Positions 50,966 through 61,094 of a DNA stretch of 64,000 nt are shown here, piece by piece. Made by a program: the position numbers and the translations under genes. Position 1 is the stretch's first letter. Each line of letters starts with the position of its first letter. This DNA is from Azolla caroliniana (Eukaryota > Plantae > Polypodiophyta). The DNA is taken from assembly GCA_043228905.1 (NCBI GenBank), contig JBHGNT010000021.1, forward strand, positions 6,448,001 through 6,512,000. The letters run 5' to 3'. The notes under the pieces were generated by a model. The model saw nothing but the letters and a program-made list of their open reading frames with translations. It was not told the origin of the DNA and did not search any database.

Positions 50966-53900
50966 ATGCCTCTTACCGCTTCAACAGAAACCCGCGCCTG
51001 GCTCCAGGAACGAGGAATGGGCGGTTACCTGAAGATCATCGATGCCCCCGCGCACCCAGATGCCCAAGGTGTGGCTAAACGTATAACTCCCGAAGCCATC
51101 ACCAACAACGTGCTTCGGGCTGTTTTGGACCTGCAACGGGGAGGGGACCATGAGGTCGACATACCCTTGGCATCAAAGATGAAGGCGTACTTCGGTGAGT
51201 ACTCAGCCTCAGGGAAGGCATATCGCACGTATGGCGGTCCCAACAAAGCTTTCAGGGAGATTGCTCGTATATTAATGGAGTATGCGTTCGTGCATACGAA
51301 CCCAACGAGCATGCCGTAGAACAATGCAACCATCATCATCAGCACGTATGAAGGAAACAAAATAGATTGGGGAATCATCACAGGCGAGGGACTCCGCGCC
51401 ACCTTAGCTTCATTTCAGTCCGGTAAGAAGATGTTGTCTATTCTTACCCACTTTTTGATGGTTCTATACCCACCCTCTTCTCTTCCTTCCCCTTGCACAC
51501 TCACGTCCCCACCACCACCACGAAGGCAGAGAGAGATATTCGTTGCCATCAGCCACGAAGCATGGGAGGAGCCCACATCGCCTTCACCTCCTGCCGCCGA
51601 CCAAAACCCCGCATCGGCACCACCACCCACCCAACCCCAACAAAAAAGGGCAGTTTCCGAGACCTGCCATGAATGGGAGGAGGAGGTAGCTACGGAAGAA
51701 AACACGGCCGATGACGTCACCATTCGACAGCCAACGTCACGCCCCTCGGTAACGTCCCCAGGGCCTAGCCCACACCCCAACACACAACAGGCTGCACCAC
51801 CACGATCCCAGAAAAGGAAGCAGGCGGAGGAAACGACACTACCGGCCCCGGAACCCCAAACACAGCCAAGCAAGAGAAGAAGACTCAATCGTGAGTCCTC
51901 GGAAGAATAGAAAGAGCCACAACAGGAGCAAGCCTTAGTTGTCAACTAGAGCAACCTGGCCATCATCCTTGAGGAGGCATCGCTGAACCAGGGCAAGATC
52001 GAGCATGGGCAGACAACGGAGATCTCGGAGGATGAAGTCCTCGGATATAAGGACCTCCCCGCGGGGGCTTACGAATTTAGTGTGCTCCTTCGCCTCGGTA
52101 CGACATTCGAGCTGGTCGACTTGCTCGCTAGAGCCCAAGTCGCGGCAACTGCTCGAATGGTGGAGGAGCACGCCGAAACAAAAATGATTCAATGTGCGCT
52201 AATAGGTGAAATTGAGCCCTAGGAGGACAGGGCTTTACAAAAAATCGGGAGGAAGAAGTAGGCAAAACAAGCCGCTCTCCTCATGGAAGTCCCCGAGTTG
52301 AACACGGCCCTTATCGAGGCATATCGGAACCTGGATCGCACTACACGGGCAGCCAAAGACATGGCCCGAAAGATAAAAATAGCCCAAAAACAGGCAAAGA
52401 TGGCTACAGAATTATGGCAAGCTGCGAACCAAAAGCTGGCAGCCTGGGAGCAAAACCGGACGGAACAACAACTCTTCCGGTCACGACCACCTAAGCCCTT
52501 CCAGCGTCTCCACGCATAACAATGATGGATGAAAGCACCATCATCGACTCAATCCAGACGGTGCAGGCCAGTACACAAATGGACTCGTTACAAATGGTCG
52601 ATGCGTGCACAACAACCGAGGCGGCCACGCCCATGGAAAAGACCGGGATACCACCCCCTCGTGCACCCAAGGAGGTGGCAACGCAAACAGAACCCCCGCT
52701 CCGGGATTACCGCACGGAGCTTAAAGAAGAACAACGGCGAACCGAGAGACACGAACAACGGCATCAAGAGGCGATGGCTCGCCTAAAAGAAGAAGCTTCC
52801 AAGCAGATGGCCGAGATTAGAGCCCAAGCCGACCAAAGGATACACGAGCAGAACGACGCACTGGGCTGGGTACAAGCGCAAGCCGCTGGCAAAGAAGCCG
52901 AACTCAAAAGCAAGCTTGAGGAATACGCAGCCACAGTGGTTAAGAAAGGGAAGGAGGTTCTAGACCTACAGGCCGTGCTCGACAATGCAAAAGACTGGAA
53001 CCATCGGCAGGAGGAAATAAATCGCCAACGGGAGGAGTGGATGAACGCGGAGAATGCCGAGCTGCAGAGTTAGCGTACGACCCTTAAAGAGATGGCTAAC
53101 GAGTTTTTCATCAAATGCAAGCTACTTTCGGAGCAAAAAGACGCATTATCGGATTCTTACTTCGCCCTACAAGAAGAGAGAATCGTCGAACGGGAACAAA
53201 TCTGGGCCACGTGTCAAAAAGAACGGGAGCAGGCCACCGAAGAACTCACGAAGCGTTACGAGCAGGCTCTCGAGCTCGTAACCGCGGATGCAAAGAACAC
53301 TCAAGCCATCTATGAGCTAAGAACACAGAAGATTCAGGCCGAGGTCAACGACTTAAAACAGGAATTAGCAGCCATCCGAGCACAACCCGGCATGGATGAG
53401 ACACGCATCAGAATACTGATCGAGAAACAGCGCCAGCAGCTTACCAAAAAGGTCAAGGAAACATTAAGTCATGCAGGAGATGAATGGGCAACCCAAGCTG
53501 CCGAATTGCATATTTTACGCACCGACGCCGAGAACAGACGGAAGGAGGGCCGCGGCTTGTACAAAATGGACGAACCCAGCATACAAAACCTCCGTGCAGA
53601 TTTAACCGAGGATTACCAGTCCTTGGCAAAATCTCACACCGCGGCAATCGAGCAAATAATGGAGGACTTCAATGATGGTCATATGCTGTTTCGCCTGGAA
53701 GCAAAAGCCTTCGAACGAGAACGACTCGCAGCCATCCCCACCAGCCCTCCAACGGCCACAGAGCAGAAGGAAGAACCTTCTAGCAAGGAGATCACGGACA
53801 CGGCACAGGAGGAACTTGCCCCGGCCAACAAACATCCCATGGACGCCCACACGGTACCAGATTCAGTCGAAGTAGAGGTCAGCGCCCTCGAACCCACACC

Positions 53901-54054
53901 CCCACCAGAAGAATCGGTCGCACCTGAGGCGGACGTCCGAGAAGATATGACACCCCCGGACCAAACGCAACCCCCCACACCGACAGTCCAACCAGACCAC
54001 CCTGCCACCACCTTGGACCCCGAAAGCATCCTCAACATCTTAAAAGATGAATGA
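50966..54054 (+). pseudogene. Extra 3' ORF of copy B (about 1000 codons when stops are read through)
   Basis: ORF pieces from 50966, 51431 and 52283 are in one frame; 52522 and 53092 are in a second frame after a small deletion. Long heptad-rich E/Q/K/R/A region. Confidence 0.8.
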
Positions 54055-54107
54055 AACGAGGATCACACCTAAAAGGAAATATTTGTAATATTGTTAGTAT
54101 TTTGTAA

Positions 54108-54150
54108 GTCGTGGGTCCGACGGACAAGGTCCTGTCCCATGAGCGTGCCA
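54108..54150 (+). other. tRNA-Arg 3'-half-like module at the PPT position of copy B
   Basis: GTCGTGGGTCCGACGGACAAGGTCCTGTCCCATGAGCGTGCCA, then GG, then the LTR TGTTG; no polypurine tract. Confidence 0.8.
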
Positions 54151-54152
54151 GG

Positions 54153-54609
54153 TGTTGTCCAGAGGACAGAAATGTAAAATTAGGAAATTAGCAAACGCCG
54201 AGTCCGAGTATCACGGGCCACCGATGACTCGGTTGTGTATTAGGGGAAAAGTTATTTAAACGAGGACCAGTACCTCAGAGTGGAGAGAGAAGAAAAATAT
54301 AGGCGGAAGCACTAGCTTAATCCTTCGTAATTAGATAAACTTGTAAGGTCACCGGCCATAGGCCATGTTCTGTAATCTTTGTTGTCATAGTAATATATCT
54401 GATTTGTGCCCATTTTGCTGCATGAGTCTGTGCTTTGATCCATACCTATGAGTTCAACGCCGCTCACGTCTATCAAGACCTCGCTAGTGTTATCTCTCTG
54501 AGCCCTGTATCTCTCTCGACGCCTCTGTTACGAGCCTTCACGTACCACGCCCTTGAAGACCGATAGCCGCAGATCTATCGAAGGTGTTCACCCAAAGGAA
54601 CGGGTAACA
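54153..54609 (+). repeat. 3' LTR of gypsy copy B
   Basis: Direct repeat of 44801-45257. Confidence 0.96.
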
Positions 54610-55928
54610 ACCGGAAACCGTGTCGAGGACGTTGTCTGTGAAGGGGAGAGGGAAACCGTCGGTGACTGTTGCCGCGTTAAGCTTCCGATAGTCGACGCAG
54701 ACACGGATTTTTCCGTTCTTCTTTTGAACTACTATGATCGGCCTCAACCACGTGGCCCGTTTAACAGGGCGAATGAAGCCCACTCGGAGTAGTTTGTCGA
54801 TTTCCTCTTTGACTTTAGCGGCGTAGTTGGGGTTCATCCTGTAGCGTCTCTGCTGAACCGGCCGAGTGTCGGGTAAGAGGTGGATTTGATGTTGGTAGTA
54901 TTGAGGATCCAACCCCTTCATATCGGTGTAAGACCAAGCGAAAACATCTTGGTAGTCGGTGAGCAATCATACGAGGGATGCCCGTTCTCTGGTTGGTAGA
55001 TTATTGGCAATTTGTAACGTACGGGGATTCTCGTCCGAGCCGAGGTTTATTGTTTCCAGGGTTGATGCTTTGACTCGTTGTGAAATGGCGAGTTCGCGTT
55101 CGAAAGCATCTCGAGCATGGCGTAGCTTGGTAACTGTGGTTGGATCTGGTTCATCTTGGGGTGGTGATTCCTTCGTGACTTCCTCGTCTTTAGGTGGTTC
55201 GATGGTTGGTATTGCATTGATTTCGAAGAGAGGGATGATCGTGGGATGATCATTTAGGAAGTCATCGACCTCCTCATTGGGCAAACCGTCAAGCATATGG
55301 ACCCCTTCCGCGTATAACGGCGAAGTGTTGAGGGCGACGGGCACTCGTTCTTCAGTGATGATTCGGACTTTTGTCTTGCCTCTTCGGAACGAGATCATGT
55401 TGCGTTGCCGATGTTGCTTGATATTCGTGTACGCAACCATGGTCGACCTAGTAACATTGGGTAGGTGCCTTGTGTCTCCAGTCTTAGAACGACGGCCAAG
55501 ATCGTGAACATGTGGCCTCCGAGTGTGAAGTCGAGATGGCGGATTAAACCAATGGGGCGAACGGAGCAGGTGTCGGCCATCCGAAGCCTGAAGGGGCATG
55601 GTTCCCATTGATTCAGGCGGAGGTTGTGACACGTTGACTTGCTAATAATGTTTACGCCGGATTCGCCGTCGATGATGCATCCGTTCAGGTCTTGTCCCTT
55701 AATGATGATTCGCACGGCTGGGTTCTGAGAATCCATGAGTGGTGGACCTGTTCCTGCTTCGGTGAGGTGTACCGGTGGCGTCACGGGCTTAGTATTGGCA
55801 TGGAGTGCCGCTAGGGTGTCCCAAAATCTTGGCATGAGTGGTAACAGTTTATGTAGGGGCAGCGAGATGCGGGAGTTGGTAAGAACATCCCATAGCTGGT
55901 CGTCCTTCGACGACGTGGATGGTACCGC
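54610..55928 (-). mobile_element. Gypsy copy A, middle portion (protease and RT N-terminus)
   Basis: IIDGESGVNII, LLGRPWL, DVFAWSYTDMKGLDP, KIRVCVDYRKLN; homologous to copy B 46948-48035. Confidence 0.93.
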
Positions 55929-58900
55929 TCATGCCGATCGCGCTCGGCCCATGTCGTCGATCTTGGTGTTTCGCCGTGCCGTCCTTCGTCCCGTGCTTGC
56001 CTTTCAAAGGCTTGACCCGACCGTCATTGTCGGTCAATCGTTGTCGCCCATCCGCCGTATGCATGCTTGTGTCTTGGCCCTCCACCGGCCGTATTGCATG
56101 CGTCTTGTGTCGTGCTTCCGCCGTAGACCCAACCTCCGCGTCGGTCTCCAACTCCTCGCCACCACCCACCGCTTCTTCGTTCTCCTTTCGATCCGCGACC
56201 GCCGATGCCTCACGGGTAGGTGTGGAGGGTTCCTCCCACTCTCGGTTCACCACCGAGTCCTCGCCTCTCAAAGGCTCAATCGGTCCACCGTTTCCGGTCA
56301 CTCGTTGACGCTCTCTCTGATGCATGCTCGTTCTTGGGCCCTTCACCGACCGTAGTGCATGCTTCGTGTTACACCCTTCATCCGCCGTAGACCCGACCTC
56401 CGCGTCGGCCACTTCTTCCTTTGTCACCGTAGCCCGTTCCGACCCAAGCTCGCCATCTTGGACCCGCTCGTCCATCATCTCATACCGGATACCCAGTCCG
56501 ATAACTTTGTCCGCTTCGGCCTCCGACTCCTCGCCGCCACCCGCCGTCTCTCCGGTCTCACGTTGATCCGCAACCGCCGAAGTCTCTAGAATGGGTGTGG
56601 AAGGTCCTTCTCGCTCTCGGTCTTCTAGCAAGCCGTGATCACCGTGCCCACTAGGCCTCCTTCTCGCTCTCACCGGCTCCCACCGTAACCGTACCCGGTC
56701 GGCTACGAATCGATCAAACAATCACGGTCTTACCGGCTTCCTTCGGTTCGTGCCCGGTTGACCGGCCCCCGCTTCACTCTTCTTCCGCTCCGCCTCCCGA
56801 TCGGGTCGGATTACCGACCGGCTCATCTTTTGGTCGGGTCGGTTCCCGACTCGCTCCTCGATGCCGCTCCGGATCTCTCCTTCGGTCTTTTCGCACGTGC
56901 CCACTTCGGGCCTCTCATCCTCACGGCCACCGCCCATCTCCTCGGTCTTATGTCCGCGCTCGGGCGCAATCGCCGAAGTCTCCGGCGCCGGTGTCGAGGG
57001 ATCTCGCCTCCGTCCGCTACAAACCTCCTCTTCGTCATTTCGGTTGCCCACCTTGCCGCCGCCACCGTCCGTCTCTCTAGGTCTCACACCGGCTCTTGGG
57101 CCGGTTGCCGGAGTCTCTAAGACCGGTGTGTGGAAGGTCGCGGCACCGCCGCTCGTCTCCTCTTCTTCCTCGATTTCGCAAGCCTCGAGTATGCTTGCGA
57201 AATCCTCGTAGAACGTTTCGGGCAACCGCGTCCCGAAACTTTCGCCCACTCTCGAAGTGGCGTCCATTGTTCCGTAGATATCGGCCTCATCCATGGCCGT
57301 CCTTTTTCCACAAGTCGAGAGGGTCGCTCGCTCCGCACCCTCTCCCACATCGTCGCCGTGGTCGTCCGCCTTGCCGCTGCCACCGTTCATTACCCTAAGT
57401 CTCACGCGGGCACTCGGGCCGGCCGCCGGGGTCTCTTGAACCGGTGCGTGTAAGGTAGCAACACCGCCGGTCGTCAATGCTATGCTCGTAGCCACCTCCA
57501 TTCGGACATCGTCGTCCGTGGCTACCCCGCCTCCGTATATGAAAGCATCAATTATGCTTGCCGCCTCCTCTTCCACGGTCTCCATACCGTTGTCTCGGTT
57601 GCCCGCCTTGCCGCCGCCACCGCCCGTCACTCTAGGTCTCACGCCGACAATCGGGCCGACCGCCGGTGCCTCTAGGGCCGGTGTGTGTAAGGTCGCGGCA
57701 CCGTCTCTTGTCTCCTCCTCCCTCGATGTTTCGGGCCGCCATGTCCCGAATCCGTAGTTACCGGCCTCCATGGCCCTCCATTCGCCGCAAGACGAGAGAG
57801 TTGCTCTTTTCACACCCTCTCCCATGTCACCATCGTACGCTCTCCCGGCCTCCGTATAGGCCCCGTCTTCTTCGTCTAGGGAGGCTTCTTCCTCCGCATC
57901 CTCCGATCGCCTCCAGCCCGTCTCCATAACAAGCCCTTCCTCGGCTCCGATTTTCGCCTTCACAAGCTCGCATGTCTCCCGTATTAGCACCTCTAGGTCG
58001 AGCTCCTCCGAACCGTTTTGCGTTGAGCTCTCTTCCGGCGGTAGTGCGTACCCACTCACCGCTCTCTCTTCTCCGCCGCTCGCGGGCCGTGTTGTGGCCG
58101 ACCGCCTCGCATCATGTTGCCGGCAGCCCCACCAATCGAACTCATGTCGACCTCTTCCTTCCGGTTCCGTGTACCCGTACGCCTCCAATAGGGATCCCTC
58201 AAAGGACACCCACGACTCATGAGCTTCTTGTAGCACCGATACGGCCGCCACTTGAGGAAAATACTCCAGCCGCATCGCCTCGTCTACGCCCTCTTTCGCC
58301 ATCTCGGCATCGTACGCTTCCAAGAACCTCGGGACATCGTCCCCGTTGAATCGGCCGACTCGATCGACCACCCTCTCGACGGCTTGTTGAGCCGCATCTC
58401 GCCTCGCCTTTTTCCGTTGCGCATCCATCATGATCTTTGCCATCATCTCCTTGAAGTCGAAGTCTTCTTCAATCTCCATGCTCCCTTGCCGCCCTTCACG
58501 TCGGGTTCACCAAAGATGTCGCGTTGTTACGCGCGTGCGTGTGGAAGGGGTGGGACCACGGGGGTCTTGGACTAGGGAGAAGAGGAGAAAGGTTAAGACA
58601 ACGAATGGAAGATTAGCTCATAGCTCAAGAGGAGAAGAGAACGAATATGACATTATGATAGAAGAAGATGAAGAAGATGGAGTCAAGATACTCAACAAGA
58701 AGTTTGATTAAGAAAACATAAATGCTTTACAATGGCGGCCGCCATGGCCGCACCAAATGACTATAAGAAAACCCTAAAGGAAAACCCAAGAAGAAAACCC
58801 TAACCGAACCCTAACGCTCGACCTATGTGGTATACCTCTCAGACTCAAAATAGGCAACCCCCACAATGGTGCCTTCTCTCTCCTTTTATAGCACAAGGAG

Positions 58901-59012
58901 GGAAGACCGCTTACAGAAGTGAGACTAAAATATCACCTTTCATTCAAAGGGGATATTTGCCTTGATTTGGGGAGGGTGAGATTGATGGCACCTTAACTCC
59001 CACCTCCTCACA
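55929..59012 (-). mobile_element. gag-only gypsy-derived LTR element C (tRNA-Trp PBS), 3'-truncated
   Basis: Candidate LTR TGTGAGG (59012) to CGCGACA (58517); PBS at 58497-58512; ORF 58479-56722 continues in frame past one TGA into 56721-55929. Gag-like N-terminus (VDRVGRFNGDDVPRFLEAYDAEM) is followed by repeats; no pol motifs. Confidence 0.8.
56722..58479 (-). CDS. Gag-like protein with acidic Gly/Glu-rich internal repeats (element C)
   Basis: 585-aa ORF; the repeat ATLHTPALE.PA.GP...VRPR.TGGGGGK.G.R occurs at least three times. Confidence 0.7.
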   Translation of the reverse strand: MEIEEDFDFKEMMAKIMMDAQRKKARRDAAQQAVERVVDRVGRFNGDDVPRFLEAYDAEMAKEGVDEAMRLEYFPQVAAVSVLQEAHESWVSFEGSLLEAYGYTEPEGRGRHEFDWWGCRQHDARRSATTRPASGGEERAVSGYALPPEESSTQNGSEELDLEVLIRETCELVKAKIGAEEGLVMETGWRRSEDAEEEASLDEEDGAYTEAGRAYDGDMGEGVKRATLSSCGEWRAMEAGNYGFGTWRPETSREEETRDGAATLHTPALEAPAVGPIVGVRPRVTGGGGGKAGNRDNGMETVEEEAASIIDAFIYGGGVATDDDVRMEVATSIALTTGGVATLHAPVQETPAAGPSARVRLRVMNGGSGKADDHGDDVGEGAERATLSTCGKRTAMDEADIYGTMDATSRVGESFGTRLPETFYEDFASILEACEIEEEEETSGGAATFHTPVLETPATGPRAGVRPRETDGGGGKVGNRNDEEEVCSGRRRDPSTPAPETSAIAPERGHKTEEMGGGREDERPEVGTCEKTEGEIRSGIEERVGNRPDQKMSRSVIRPDREAERKKSEAGAGQPGTNRRKPVRP

Positions 59013-59189
59013 AACAACTAGGTACCTATGTACCGCATAGTACCTCTCTCTCTCTCTCTCTCTCTCGCGTGGATGTGCGTACAACCACATCACCTTTATA
59101 CCTTTATTACTATTACAAATACATTATGTACGTGTGCAACGTGCACACGCTCTTTGGCTCTCGTTGCTCGGGTTTCCGGCTCCTTCCGA

Positions 59190-59610
59190 AACCTCGTGTC
59201 GTCGGGTCCTGTTCCCTGCCGCCACCGTCCTTCTCCCTCGGTCTTATGTTGCCACATTGGCTGAACTGCCGGAGTCTCCGGATCGGTGTGAGGGCCCCAT
59301 AGGACCGGACTCTGTTTCTATTCTTGCCGAAATTCGGGTGCCTTTGCTTTGAGTCCCTCCTGGACTCTCCTCGTGTCTTCCGCGTAGTCGGGTCCCGTTT
59401 CCTGCTGCCAGCATCCTTCTCTCTCGGTCTCATGTTGCCACGTTGGCCGAACTGCCGGAGTCTCCGGTTAAGTGTGGGGATCCCGTAGGACCGGACTCCC
59501 TTACGCCTATAGCCTTCGTCACCTCGCCGCCACCGTCAGTATCCTGGTCTTACGTCGACCACGTTGCCGACTGCCGAAGTCTCTAGAATCGGTGTGAAGG
59601 ATCCTCCACA
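59190..59610 (-). repeat. Internal repeat units of the C/D element family
   Basis: A ~115-bp block is repeated at ~59198 and ~59384; the ~95-bp block at ~59515 recurs at ~61099. Confidence 0.75.
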
Positions 59611-59639
59611 CTCGCTTCGTAGATCTCGGTAGCTCCGTC

Positions 59640-61086
59640 GAAGTAGCGAAGACTGACACGGCAAGCCCAGGGTGACAAGCTGGTGGGGGCGAGGGGATGA
59701 CGGCAAGCGGAAGACTCAGGACCTATCGCGACAACACGAAGACGGGAAGGGCCAAGCAAGCTACTACGGGGTGTTCCTCGGATGCAAAGGACACCGGTAT
59801 GCGGGTGAGAGGCGATGCACGATCTGGCCGGGAAAGGGGCCGACGAGGCGTGCAATGAACCGGGGTACGGCACAGGCAGTGCCAAACAACGGTCGAGGGT
59901 TTGTGGCACACGGAGGTGCCGGAGCGGGAAGGCGAGCGCGGAGAAGACCGAAAAGGGATCCTCCACACTATTCCGGAGACCATGGCGGTTCGAGCCGACG
60001 CGGCGACGTAAGACCATGGAGAAGGAAGGTGGTGGCGGGAGGACGTCGGGCATACGGCGGGAAGCGGGGCGTTCATACGGCCGAACAAGGGCCAACGGAA
60101 GTACGCGTACTACGGAGATCACGATAGAGGACCCATCGACGGGTTGAACGAGCCTACGGGGAGGCGAGCGCGAAGGAAGACTCGAAGCCGACGGGTCAAA
60201 CCGGCAGCAAGCCGAGATGCGGATCACGGGAGACTAGTTTCTCACCGGCCAAAATCTCTCACCCTTCAACCAGATTTGGCACGTACCGGTGGACGTGCAG
60301 TTAGGTGGGGGCGGATGTCGTGAAGAATTTCGGCCAAAGACAGAAACTGGGAAACATTGGCTACCTCGGCGGGGTGCAGCGTGTGTACGCACCCATGTAC
60401 ATTTAGTGTGAATATCGAGGGCGCCTTTATGGCGCCGAAGAGTAGTTAAGTCGGGACAGACAATCCCATGTAAGTCGGGATTTGTCCCACATTGTAACAC
60501 ATCCCTTTCCTTGTTCTATAAAAGGAAGGGAATGCCCTTTGTGAAAGGGTTGCCCATTTTGCATAGAGGGTATACCGTTAGGTTTTAGAGTTAGCTTCTT
60601 CTTCTTCTTCTCCTTTGTGTTCGCTTAGGGTTTGCTGCAGCTCATCTCCTGTGCAAGACCCCGCTCGGCGCGACGAGCCCGAGAGCTCCCCGACGGCGGC
60701 TTGACAACAGACGACTGTTGTAAGCTATCTTGGTCCGGCTCGAAGCCGGGAATGTATTCTTCATATATATACATACATATACGTTTACGTTTGTCTGTGT
60801 ATATTCGCGTCGCTGTTGGCGTTGGGTGCTTACTCTCTCTTGCGTTTTCTGTACATAAGGCGCGAGTCGGGTTGAGCTGTGTGTACAAGTGTGTGGCTGT
60901 GTGTGTGTGTGTGTGTGTGCGTGAGTCGGTGTTAAGCTCTATCTCTCTCTCTCCCTTCGGTTGCTTCCGGTGTGTTTCTGGGATGCCCCGGAAACAGTGA
61001 AGCACGACTTCCTACGCTCCATCGCTCTCTAGTCCAAGACCCCCGTGGTCCCGCCTTTCTCCACGCATGCGCGTAACAACGTGACA
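59640..61086 (+). mobile_element. 3' end of a D-family element in + orientation (internal segment, PPT, LTR)
   Basis: PPT AGGTGGGGGCGGA at 60303-60315, then LTR TGTCGTGAAG (60316) to CGTGACA (61086), the reverse complement of 63080-63874. Confidence 0.85.
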
Positions 61087-61094
61087 TATTTTTT

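Larger units (their letters stand above)
44801..54609 (+). mobile_element. Complete Athila/Tat-like Ty3/gypsy element copy B, nested in the RT of copy A in opposite orientation
   Basis: 457-bp LTRs at 44801-45257 and 54153-54609 (12 substitutions by eye); TSD GCCGG/ACCGG (44796-44800, 54610-54614). Removing it restores host RT VLDTVSG|HECYSFLD. Confidence 0.97.

Noticed and set aside
60625-61005. Duplicated 122-134-aa ORFs at 60625-61005 and 63161-63565
   Set aside because: They lie wholly inside the two D-family LTRs and include (CA)n-derived HTHT/CVCV runs.
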